Assembly: GCF_041956535.1 (NCBI RefSeq)
Contig: NW_027192210.1
Coordinates: 141,138-188,351 of the forward strand
Reading direction: 5' to 3'
From: Calcarisporiella thermophila CBS 279.70
Taxonomy: Eukaryota; Fungi; Calcarisporiellomycota
DNA: 47,214 bases
Shown here: positions 1-9,957 of the stretch, one piece after another
Layout: each line of letters opens with the position of its first letter
Numbering within the stretch: position 1 is the first letter of the stretch
Translations under genes and position numbers: made by a program
The notes under the pieces: model-generated
Database searches by the model: none
Told to the model about the DNA's origin: nothing
The model's input: only the letters and a program-made list of their open reading frames with translations

Positions 1-326
1 TCCTTTTTAGTAATAAAATGACTTGACAGTTCTCCGAAATAAGGAATACATGTACGTAATGGTAGAGCGTGTGAATAACATCCTATTTTTCAAGGACGGT
101 ATTATACAAGAAAGAAAGGAATATAAACAAACAAAAAAAAAGGAAAAATTGGAATGCGGGTGGTAGGGTATTTGGCAAGGTCGTATTGGAGCTAAGTGTT
201 TTGGTTGAAGGATATTTCGTCTCCTTGGCATGACCGGGGAGCGAAGTCCGAGAAGTCAAAAGAAAATTTTACATGAATATTATGTTGAATTTGCGGTGCT
301 CAAAACTGACGACAGCTTAGAGCTTA

Positions 327-411
327 GGGCGTTTGGTGTAGTGGTATCACATCTGCTTTGCAATCAACGCAAACTTGCAGAAGGCCGTGGGTTCAATCCC
401 CACAGCGTCCA
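327..411 (+). tRNA. tRNA-Ala(TGC) with 13-nt intron (363-375)
   Basis: Cloverleaf: acceptor GGGCGTT/AGCGTCC with the G3:U70 alanine identity pair and discriminator A. Anticodon stem TCTGC/GCAGA with TGC at 359-361, intron after position 37, T-arm GTGGG-TTCAATC-CCCAC, and TTTT shortly downstream. Confidence 0.95.
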
Positions 412-1046
412 TAGGTTCTCTTTTACACTTTTCATTGTAGATCTTATTTTGGTGCATTGAGATATAGACGCTGATCAGTAATTTTGTGGAAACTAAGCTA
501 TTTACTGCTTTTATCTTTCTATCGAAATAATAGCGCGCAACAAAATAAAAGATTACTAAAAAGGCAACTAGAGTGTAGTCTGCAAAGAATTATAATATCC
601 AAATAATAGTCTGTCTCTATAAAGGATAGAAAAGCATAGTTCACGTAGATACGGGAGTGAAGTAGCTAACTACGTTTTCTTGGAAATGTGCTAATCTATC
701 CTTCAACACTACCCCTAATTAACTTTATTGTTATGTTCTGGCTTTACCATGTTTCTGTTAATGTTTTTTAAAAATCTTAACCTATATTCTCTTCTTTATC
801 GTGTAGCTATTTCACCTTTATCTTTATTTATTTATTCCAATATTTCATAAAAGTCAGAACTCTACCTAATTCTCGGCAAGTTACATATTGAGAAGACTAC
901 TTTTCAATAATATACTTTCTTGTATTGAAAAGCAATCGAAATTATTTAAACGCTTAAAGGAGTAGGTTTTTTTATGATAATTAATATTGACGAACATTCA
1001 ACTAAAATAATAATTAAACAGTTTTTTATTGAATATAAAAGAGTTA

Positions 1047-1131
1047 TGGACGCTGTGGGGATTGAACCCACGGCCTTCTGCAAGTTTGCGTTGATTGCAA
1101 AGCAGATGTGATACCACTACACCAAACGCCC
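1047..1131 (-). tRNA. tRNA-Ala(TGC) with 13-nt intron, identical second copy
   Basis: Exact reverse complement of 327-411, with a T-run terminator downstream on the minus strand. Confidence 0.95.
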
Positions 1132-1220
1132 TTAACTCTAAGCTGTCGTTGGTTTTGAGCACCGCAAATTCAACATAATATTCATGTAAAATTTTCTTTT
1201 GGCTTATCGGATTCCGCCGC

Positions 1221-1560
1221 GGGGGAGGGTTAGTTTAGTGGACTATTCCTGGGATGCCGATGAGAACGGCGTGGGTTCGAATCCCACTTCCCCCACCAGC
1301 ACTTACTCTTAGTTTGTGGCTGCTATCCACTTGATCAGAAGCTGAGTCTTGGTTATTGAAAAGACCGCCCTTACGATAAGTACAAAAGATTACATCGGTT
1401 TCACGTACATGCTATACACGACAACTGCAATACACGCATATCGATTGAACGCCTATCTACCAAGGACCTATATCTTGTTATGTTAAGTCCATTGACATTA
1501 ACTTCATGTAATATATGGAAATTAAATAAAAGTTTCCATTGATTGATCAAAAAAAAAAAA
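1221..1560 (+). mobile_element. Full-length tRNA-derived SINE with poly(A) tail and 17-bp target-site duplication
   Basis: tRNA-like head 1221-1298 with A-box TAGTTTAGTGG, B-box GGTTCGAATCC, acceptor GGGGGAG/TTCCCCC and terminal ACCA. The body has no TTTT run. A12 tail at 1549-1560. TSD ttatcggattccgccgc at 1204-1220 and 1561-1577. Confidence 0.9.
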
Positions 1561-1579
1561 TTATCGGATTCCGCCGCGT

Positions 1580-2313
1580 CGCCGTCTTACTCACGTCAGT
1601 GTGGCATTGGACGGAAAGGTGTATCAACACCATCTCAGGCCCCCTAAACACTCAGGTGCTGAGCCCCAGGAACCTCGTACTTGGCGACCTACCAGAAGCC
1701 CCGAGGACAGTAAGACACGCGGCTCAAATCATCTTCGATTCGGTGTTATGGCAAATCCATCGGGACCGAATCGCCTACCATTTCGAATGCACTCGAGCAT
1801 CACTCGAGACAATCATCCTCCGTGCCAAAATGGACATCGAGGAGGCTATCGGAGGTGAACTGATAAAGGCACGAAAAAGACGAGAGATGGAGTTATTCCG
1901 AAGAAGGTGGTGCAGTCAGGGAGCGGTAATAGAAAGTTCGGATAGAGCAAGACTAAAACTGGAGTGACGAAGCAACCCTTCCTCTCTCCCAATCCGCTCT
2001 TTCCTTCCTCCCCTCCTCTTTACTTCATACCTTTCACCAAATACCCGATCACTATATACATCTAATCTACCTTTTATTCCCATACTCCATGTTTATCACC
2101 TTCTCTATGTTCTTATCCCCTTGCGTTTCTTTGCTTTCTTCTCTTCTCTCCCTTTCTGGGCTAACATAAATTGTCAAAATCCAAGTTCCACCTTGCCATC
2201 TAACTATATCCCCACCCCTTTATTCCCTCCTTTCTTTTTTTCATTGTAATCATTAAACTCTTGTAAGCTACGGAAACTAATAAAAGTCTCCGTTGATTGA
2301 TCAAAAAAAAAAA
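1580..2313 (+). mobile_element. 5'-truncated non-LTR retrotransposon (L1/Tx1-like ORF2 C-terminus, 3' UTR, poly(A))
   Basis: An open frame to TGA 1967 contains LWQIHRDRIAYHF (W-x-I-x3-R-x4-F motif typical of L1/Tx1 ORF2 C-termini) and FRRRW. Pyrimidine-rich 3' UTR, A11 tail at 2303-2313, and 10-bp TSD tccgccgcgt at 1570-1579 and 2314-2323. Clade assignment is from motif memory only. Confidence 0.8.
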
Positions 2314-2330
2314 TCCGCCGCGTTGCATTC

Positions 2331-2410
2331 ATCGTCCTCAAATAGTTTAGTGGTTCAGGACTCCAGAGCCAAATTACTAAATTGTGAGCTCGATTCCCGC
2401 AGGCGACACC
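2331..2410 (+). pseudogene. Degenerate tRNA-like sequence (tRNA pseudogene or old SINE head)
   Basis: A-box TAGTTTAGTGG at 2343-2353 is identical to that of the SINE. B-box-like GAGCTCGATTCCC at ~2386-2398. Stems are imperfect. Confidence 0.4.
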
Positions 2411-3077
2411 CGCTCGAGATAGTTTGCTTGGCTTTCCTCGGGCATCAATTGCTATCAATAATACAGCAACAGGCAAGTAATATCAAGCAGCTACAAAAAG
2501 GTAGCAAAAATACTTTGGAGATACCCAAATATAAAAATGAGTGGCCAGCGGCAGTGCCTGGGTGATTTTATACGGCATACATTTGGCGTGAGCTTCGGGA
2601 ACATGCCAAAAATGCAAGTGTATCGGTAGGGGTAAAACAGGACATGAATAACTACTAAACAATATCCTACTTAGACATTCTCCCATTTCTTAATAATCCT
2701 AAATGCTGGGTATTTCTGCCGAGAATTATCGTGTTATATAGATAGTTTATATAAATGTCGATATTTATTAAATACGCCTTGAATTACTAATCAATATTAA
2801 TAATTAGTATCTACCCACAGTTTTCGTGATTGCTTACAACCTCTTCCAGAGTACCGGTATAATTTTCACTATTCTTTATTTTTCAGGCATAATATGTCAT
2901 ATAATGCTAATACTCTAGGGTATATTCCATGCTAAGATTTTCCGGATTATTACTGAGACGGTTTCCGAATTGACCTCTGGAAATCTTTGTACCACATAGA
3001 TATGTATTTCATGTGCAATTTAGTAATTTTCCAATTCAACTTTTCTATCCGTTTTTCGACCTCTATTCAGAAATAAG

Positions 3078-4479
3078 ATGTCGTCTAATGAACGCCTTCA
3101 GCAACTCTATTCTCATTTGTCCCCATCTTATAGTCTCGGCTTAAGCATACAGCCGGCAAAGGAGATATCTCCCGAATTAAAAGAACGCGTTTTGAATGAA
3201 GAAAATCATCGTCGGCTCGAAGGTAAAGTCTGCATTGTGACAGGCGCAGGGTCTGCAATGGGTATTGGGTAAGGAAAATATGTAACAGGAGGAATACAAT
3301 CAAATAAAAAATATTTATTTCTTCTTGGTGATTTAGTCGAAGTGCTGCTTTTACGTTTGCTAAAGATGGTAAATATTGGCATCTGTGTGAATAATTATTT
3401 CGTTTCTTAAAATATTTTCTTAGGAGCTGCGGTCATCTATGTGACTGATATATATGGTGAACGATTGCCCAAGTTGGTGGAGGACATTAAAAGCAAATAC
3501 CCGCAGATAAAATGCATCGCGCGGATTCTTGATGCAACCGACGAGGCTTCTGTCGCTGCAATCACAAAAGATGCTGTCAAAGAACATGGCAGACTGGACG
3601 TGTTCTTTGCAAGCGCAGGATCTTCAGAATACTCGGGAACTGTGAATTCAAAAGAATTTATGGAATCGATTCGGGTAATACTCAATTGCTTAATCCTAAT
3701 TGAGCTTTCCCTTGTGATTTTCTGACACTTACTTTTACATTTAGCTAAATGCTCTTAGGTGAAATTTATTACTGAAGAAGTGCATTTTCCCTCAGCTTTC
3801 TAAATCTTGCGTTGTCCTATTAGCGCCTTTTTAGCCATTAAACATGCTGGGGAAGCGATGAAGGTGACGGGAGGTAGTAAAAAGGAATCAGGAGGGTCCA
3901 TCATCCTAACCTCCTCTGGTATACATTTTCTTTGCTTCGCAAATCGTATGAGAATGCTAAGATTTGAATCTTGTTCGATAGTAGCCGGAGTGCGGTCCGG
4001 GGCTGGCCCCATCCACTATTCTGCGGCCAAAGCTGCGTAAATAACCTTGGTCAACCAATTTCTCATGGTCGGCATCCTTTTTTAACCTTAAACCTTAACT
4101 TTTCTTAGAGTTATTAATCTTGCGATGACCGGAGCGACCTCCTTGGCTAATACGAATATCCGTGTCAATGCTATTTGCCCAGTAAGTGATATACCAGTTT
4201 ATTGAGAACTATGGCATAGACTATTGCCTTCCCCTCAAATTATAGGGATTAATTGAAACTGACATGACAAAAGAATTCTTCGATTTGGCACGTAAGAAAA
4301 ACGTGGCAGACAAGATCGGTCAGCTCAACCCGCTTGGAAGATATGGAATTGCAACCGAGATAGCAAATGTAGCATCGTTTCTCGCAAGCGACGAATCCAG
4401 CTATATCAATGGTCAAGCCATCCGAGCTTGTGGAGGTCTGAGTGCCTCTCTTCCAATTGTGCCTGGAAGATGGCAGTGA
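3078..4479 (+). CDS. Short-chain dehydrogenase/reductase (FabG-like), multi-exon, N-terminal PTS2
   Basis: [10 protein letters not shown] Rossmann motif, [16 protein letters not shown] catalytic motif, [29 protein letters not shown] fits RLx5HL. Confidence 0.92.
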
Positions 4480-4939
4480 AGTGTTGTATATTGGATCCTC
4501 TGTCAATGAAGTTTGCGCCTTTTTTTTTATCCTTACTTTTAAGTAAATATGTCTATCAATTGCATTTATTTTGGTATCTTGAACGGCAAAATAACGTTTT
4601 CCAAAGAGTAGGAGATTGGGTTTGCTATTTTGTAGATTAAAACAGAGCAGTGCTGATGAGGATTCTACGGAAGAAAGTTTTTGTTAATTACAGCACTATT
4701 GCTCAGTGTTTGTATTCCCATTTTCCCATAAGATCCTCCATTACCAGCACTCAACCATAGTTTAGGAGATATGTGTAATGCTGCTCTCTCCTATTTTAAA
4801 ATTCCGTTTTCCCAGGATATGCAAATAAGCCACTCATTCAGACTTAATTTTTTCAGACGACTGTCTCGCCGATTTCTTCCTATATCTCCTCATTATTTGC
4901 TTTGCTATTTTATTCTTGAAGTGAGCCGTGAATTCAACC

Positions 4940-5972
4940 ATGACAGGTATTCGAATTCTTTGTGCAGTGAAACGCGTTGTAGATTTTGCCGTGAAAGTGC
5001 GTGTCAATGCGGCTCAAACTGCAGTGGAGACGCAAAATGTAAAACATAGCATGAATCCATTCGACGAGATTGCAGTAGAGGAAGGTAAAAATGCATATAA
5101 TTAACCTTTCTCCCATCTATGGTTTTTATGATAATCCTACCATCATTGCAGCTATCCGTCTCAAGGAGCGGCTCAAGGATAAGGTCTCCGAAATCGTGGC
5201 TGTTTCATGTGGCCCCAGCAAATCTCAGGAGACTCTCCGAACCGCCCTTGCTATGGGAGCTGACCGTGCTGTACACGTCGAGGTGCCCGAGGGAACAGAT
5301 CTACAGCCCTTGAGCGTGGCAAAATTATTGAAGGCTATTGTCGAGAAGGAGAAACCAGACCTGGTTATTTTAGGAAAGCAGGCCATTGACGACGATGCTA
5401 ATCAGACGGGACAGATGCTTGCTGGTTTGTTGAACTGGCCTCAGGTGGGTATATACACTTAACCACCAACAGAGTATTGAATACTTACCCCATCTCGAAT
5501 ACAGGCGACCTTTGCATCTAAGGTGGAGCTGAACAACCAGGCTCTCAAAGTGACACGTGAAATTGATGGCGGGCTTGAAACCATCAGCTCTAACCTCCCT
5601 GCCATCATCACCACCGACTTGCGGTAGGCTCTCTATCCACGGATATTCTTACCCATGTTTTATACTCTCTTACTAATGGCAATGTCATTCCAGTTTGAAC
5701 GAGCCACGTTATGCATCGCTCCCCAACATCATGAAGGCCAAGAAGAAACCGCTCTCTAAACTAACCCCCTCCGAACTCAATATTGATATCTCTCCCCGCA
5801 TCGAGACGCTGAAGGTTACTGAGCCACCCAAGCGTAGTGGAGGCAAAAAGGTCGAGACGGTAGATGAGCTTATAGATAAGCTGAAGAATGAAGCTGGGGT
5901 CCTGGTAAGTCAATAGAGTTTCCAAGCATTTACAGCTTACTGGCTTATATGTGTTATTCTTCCTTTTAGTAA
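4940..5972 (+). CDS. ETFB: Electron transfer flavoprotein beta subunit
   Basis: [63 protein letters not shown]. Ends EAGVL with the stop probably spliced (TAA 5970-5972); if unspliced it ends at 5916. Confidence 0.95.
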
Positions 5973-6252
5973 ATTTTAATTTCATAGACAAAAAGCTTTG
6001 TGAATTTATAATTCTTCGGATGTAAGGAAATAAATCTTATTTGGGTCAGCCTTTCTCCTACACTAAACTTCGTTTATTCTGGAAACAGCCAAACGCGATT
6101 TAAGAAATAGGAATAAATTAGCAGTTTATACCTTGAATACACTTTTTTTCGCATAAAATTAATATAATAAATGTTTGCAAGAAAGTGGAAAAAGGAACAA
6201 AAAATGACTCAGCCATATTAAATGTGTTGCCACTCTTTGGACAGGAGACTTA

Positions 6253-6885
6253 CTACAAGTTGGCTCCACTCTCCTGATCTTTTTTAAGCTTTTGAATCGT
6301 CTCGAGCGACTGCGAGATATGCCCTAAATTGTTTAAAAACAGTTGAAGCAATCTAAGGAACTATATGTAAAAATAAAACCGGTGAAAATTTACCGTTAAT
6401 ATTCATCATACTGTTGAAGTAGCCCCGTACAATGCCATCGGGGCCAATAATGTAGGTTGCCCTGCCTGGGATCATGCCAAGTGTCTTGGGGACCTGGAAA
6501 GCCTTGCGTGCTTCACCTTTGGGATCAGAGAGCAGCACGAAAGGTAGCTTGCGATTGGATGCAAATGACTTGTGGGATTCCCAACTGTCAGATGAGATCC
6601 CAATAACTTCGGCACCATTTTGCTGGAAAACCTATAATATAAAGAAAAGTATAAATGCCATCAATAATGGGCAGCGATCAGTGGAGAGATTTTGTGGTGA
6701 TTTACCTCATAGCTGTCCCGAAAAGCACAGGCCTGTGCAGTACATCCAGGGGTTTCATCTTTGGGGTAGAAGTACACAACCAAAGCCTTTCCGGCAAAAT
6801 CATCGATCAGGGTCACTTCTTTGCCATCTTGATTCATGAGCTTGAGTCCTGTAGGAGCAGGTTTATTATCGAGAGCATGCGACAT
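6253..6885 (-). CDS. Peroxiredoxin Q / BCP (AhpC-TSA family), 3 exons, C-terminal ANL
   Basis: [20 protein letters not shown] (PxxxTxxC peroxidatic Cys plus CxxxxC resolving Cys), GISSD, LLSD, GRATYII. Last exon is [23 protein letters not shown]. Confidence 0.92.
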
Positions 6886-7118
6886 TTTTGCTGCGATTTG
6901 TAATGTACAGGCGATGGAGACAAGGTGTTGAGCTAAACGTAGAGAACGTGAAAATAAGACATATCTCGGATGAATTTTCAATTTATATCACAAATAAGGT
7001 TTACATGATTGCATAATTGACATGGATTCTGATTCAACATATTAGGATAACTAATAGATTCGGATTGAACCCCCTAATTCTATTGATCTTTTGGATTTTC
7101 TATGTGAAACACAAGAGT

Positions 7119-8624
7119 ATGTTTGAACGACTAAGGCCCTTTGCACGAACTCGGCGGCGATTATGCGCCCGTTTTGTATACCTGTTCGTCATCGGGCTCC
7201 TCATCGTCAAATTCACCCTCCACCGATTCTCATCGACGGTCTCGAAGAAGGATGAGGAAGAATGGTATGAGAAAGTGCTAGAGCCTTTCAAGGGACAGCG
7301 GTTACAAAAGGTGCTACGCACCAAGACATGGGATGACATGGATGTGGATCGCATAAAAGCTGAGCCAAAATGTGAGCAGTATAATGCGTTTGCACCTAAA
7401 AATAAACATGGTCTAACCTTCCCCTACTTGGCAAGTGTATTTTCCACCTTTTTGTGATCGCTCTAATTGCAGCAAACCTCTCCCATCCTTCCTTATCGCC
7501 GGAACACAGCACTCAGGCGCCTCCCGCTTGTTTGCCTTTCTAAGCCAACATCCTTCCATCTTTGCCATTCCACGCGGAAACATACACACAGCACGATTAA
7601 TAAATAAAGGGCTAGAAGGATATCTCGAAAGTCTCGAGGAATTATTAAGCATAAAGAATTCGACCGCAATTAAAGGGGAGAGCGGTGTCACTGGTATGAA
7701 TGCTGACCTGTGCTTATACGGGGGAAGTTGTATACAGAAAATAATAGAGACTTTCCCTGACGTTAAGGTAGCACTGAAAGGATCATTTCATAAAACATTT
7801 AGCATAGTTGGAAAATGGATTCAATCCTATATATTTGTTTTTCTTAGCTTATACTCATATTACGAGACCCTATTGATAGAGCTTTTGCACACTATAAAAA
7901 CATGCGCTCAAACAATATTCCGTTTGAAACGCTGGTTGAGGAGGAGCTTGATATTCTTCGACGATGTAGCCATCGAAGGTAGGTTTAATACACCATGATC
8001 AACAGTCCTTCTCCTTTAATATATCTTGTACATTTAAAGTGCCCATGGAGGATGGACTAGTTTTCTCAACTGTCACAAAGCATCTCAAGTACAGACTTCG
8101 TGGCGCTTACACATACCACTTGATAATTCTCCAGATGGTAAGTTTCATTTTCCGCTAATAGAAAACACTTCTAAGCACTTACTTATGACCGCTTAGCACT
8201 CGAGACGCCAGGGCTAATGGATATGCTATCGCGTGGCATGTACGCTAATCAGTTTTCATCATTTCTGGATCAGTTTACTTCTGCACAATTGCTCGTTCTA
8301 CGCTACGAGGATTTTTCTGAAGATACCCGCCTCCAGTTTCGACGGATCGGAAATTTCCTGGGCATTGACCCGACTTGGTTCTATTCACGAATTTCGCAAC
8401 CGATGTTCGATGAGGTTGAGGTTGAAACTGAAAATTCTGGCTCGAAGGCAGTGAGTGACAAGACAGTGAAGCATCCTATATTCGAGCGTCACCAAAGCTT
8501 GGATTTGGGGATTCGTTACAGGCTGCAGCACGTTTTTCAAGAATTGAACCGGCAGATGGTGGAGGCCTTTAAGGAGGGTAAGCAGGATTTCGCTGGATGG
8601 GACTATGATATTGATCGAGGATAG
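7119..8624 (+). CDS. Type II membrane sulfotransferase-fold protein (HS3ST/NDST-like domain), multi-exon
   Basis: N-terminal basic stretch plus TM helix. LPSFLIAGTQHSGASRLFAFLSQHP (5'-PSB loop region), LRDPIDRAFAHY (3'-PB region), RGMY...QLLVLRYEDF. Confidence 0.8.
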
Positions 8625-8809
8625 ATTTATCTTATTGTACTATATTCATTAACATTGTATCCTTATACAAATTTATAAACTTTTCTGAAACTCGTCTGAT
8701 TTCGAATTGTACGTATAGTTTCACATGCCGTGGAATAGAGTGTTATTAGAAAAATCTTCGTGTTCGATACTTCATTTCTAAGACTTAACTTACTAACTTA
8801 TCGTTGAGG

Positions 8810-9957
8810 ATGGTCGAGCTTCCAAAATTCAAGACACTTAGTCTGACACTCTCTAAGAATGTTCTCACACTCCGGTTCAGTCGCCCCGAGCGGTACAATT
8901 CTTTGACCCCACAGGCATACCGGGATTGGCGAGATGCAATTCAATTCGCCACCCATTGCGAAGACGCAAAGGTTACCGTGATGACGGGTGAAGGAAAATA
9001 TTATTCCTCTGGACAGGAGCTTTCCCCTAGTACAGTAGATTCAGACCCTGATTTCAACTTGGACAAAAACATGTCGGTTACTAAAGAGCTGATAACTCTG
9101 CTCATCCACTTCCCGAAAATTTTGATGGCTGCAGTGAATGGTAAAGGGTTTAATTATTGAACAAACGGCCATATGGATATTAATGGAGTATTGTGAGAGT
9201 AGGGCCTGCCATTGGTTTCGCGGTGACTACCCTGGCGCTTTGCGATGTGGTATATTCAGTCCCACATGCGACTTTCCAGACTCCTTTTATGCAGCTTGGT
9301 AAGTCGGGTTTTAGATATTCCGTAACTCTCGGGGGGGAATTCATTTGGATTTTCGTTTTTTTTATTTCTCTAGCATTCTGCGCCGAAGGGTGCTCTTCTT
9401 ATATATTTCCGCGTATAATGGGACCTGCTCGCGCTAATGAAATGCTGGTAAATTGAGGGAGTTTACCATTATTTACCATTCGTTTATCTCACGATTGACT
9501 CTTTGTCCAGCTCTTGGGCCGCAAGTTCAGTGCAGAGGAATATGAACGAGCCGGAATGTTGACGCGAATTCTACCTGCAGAAAATTTCATGGAACAGGTG
9601 CTTCGGATTGCGGAAGAAGCTGCGCTCCTACCACCAAACGCGGTGCTCCAGACAAAAGAGTTGATACGCGTCATTGATCGCGAGGAACTGGACAGAGTGA
9701 ATGATAGGGAAATGACATTATTGAAAGAAAGGTACATTGAATTCTGTCCCTTCCAAAGATAGATTCATTGAGGATTGACAATCTATCGGACTGCACAATT
9801 AGGTTCTTATCGGAGGAGTCAATGGAGGCTATTATTAAGTTTATGAGTAAGTGCTCATCTAAAATGCAGCATGCTTATATTGAGATTAAAATATCCTAAT
9901 CTATTGCTTTGTGTAGCTGAGCGTTCCAACAAAAAGTCAAAATCGAGTAAATTGTGA
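8810..9957 (+). CDS. Peroxisomal delta3,delta2-enoyl-CoA isomerase (crotonase fold, ECI2-like)
   Basis: [37 protein letters not shown]. The spliced C-terminus ends KSKSSKL* (canonical PTS1). Confidence 0.92.

Larger units (their letters stand above)
253..1205. repeat. Inverted duplication (~160 bp arms: ~253-413 and ~1045-1205), each arm = tRNA-Ala plus ~75 bp of 5' flank
   Basis: aaaagaaaattttacatgaatattatgttgaatttgcggtgctcaaaac... on + matches the reverse complement of 1132-1205 with only a few mismatches. Confidence 0.92.

Noticed and set aside
230-460. 76-aa ORF on + strand
   Set aside because: It overlaps the tRNA-Ala gene and its flank and has no protein-like features.
1221-1298. Functional tRNA or tRNA-Sec
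   Set aside because: There is no intact anticodon arm and no TCA anticodon. It is embedded in a poly(A)/TSD-bounded element, so it is a SINE head.
1204-2323. CRISPR-like repeat-spacer array (tccgccgcg x3)
   Set aside because: Spacing is 357 and 744 bp, the context is eukaryotic, and the repeats are explained as target-site duplications.
1539-2565. Two ORFs both starting MIDQKKK
   Set aside because: Artefact of the shared ttgattgatc-poly(A) retroelement tail. Only the part after ~1580 of the first ORF is real (LINE ORF2 remnant).
7372-7435. Apparent frameshift in the sulfotransferase-like gene
   Set aside because: Resolved by an intron GTGAGC...CTAAC...AAG that restores the frame (EPK-L-YFPP).
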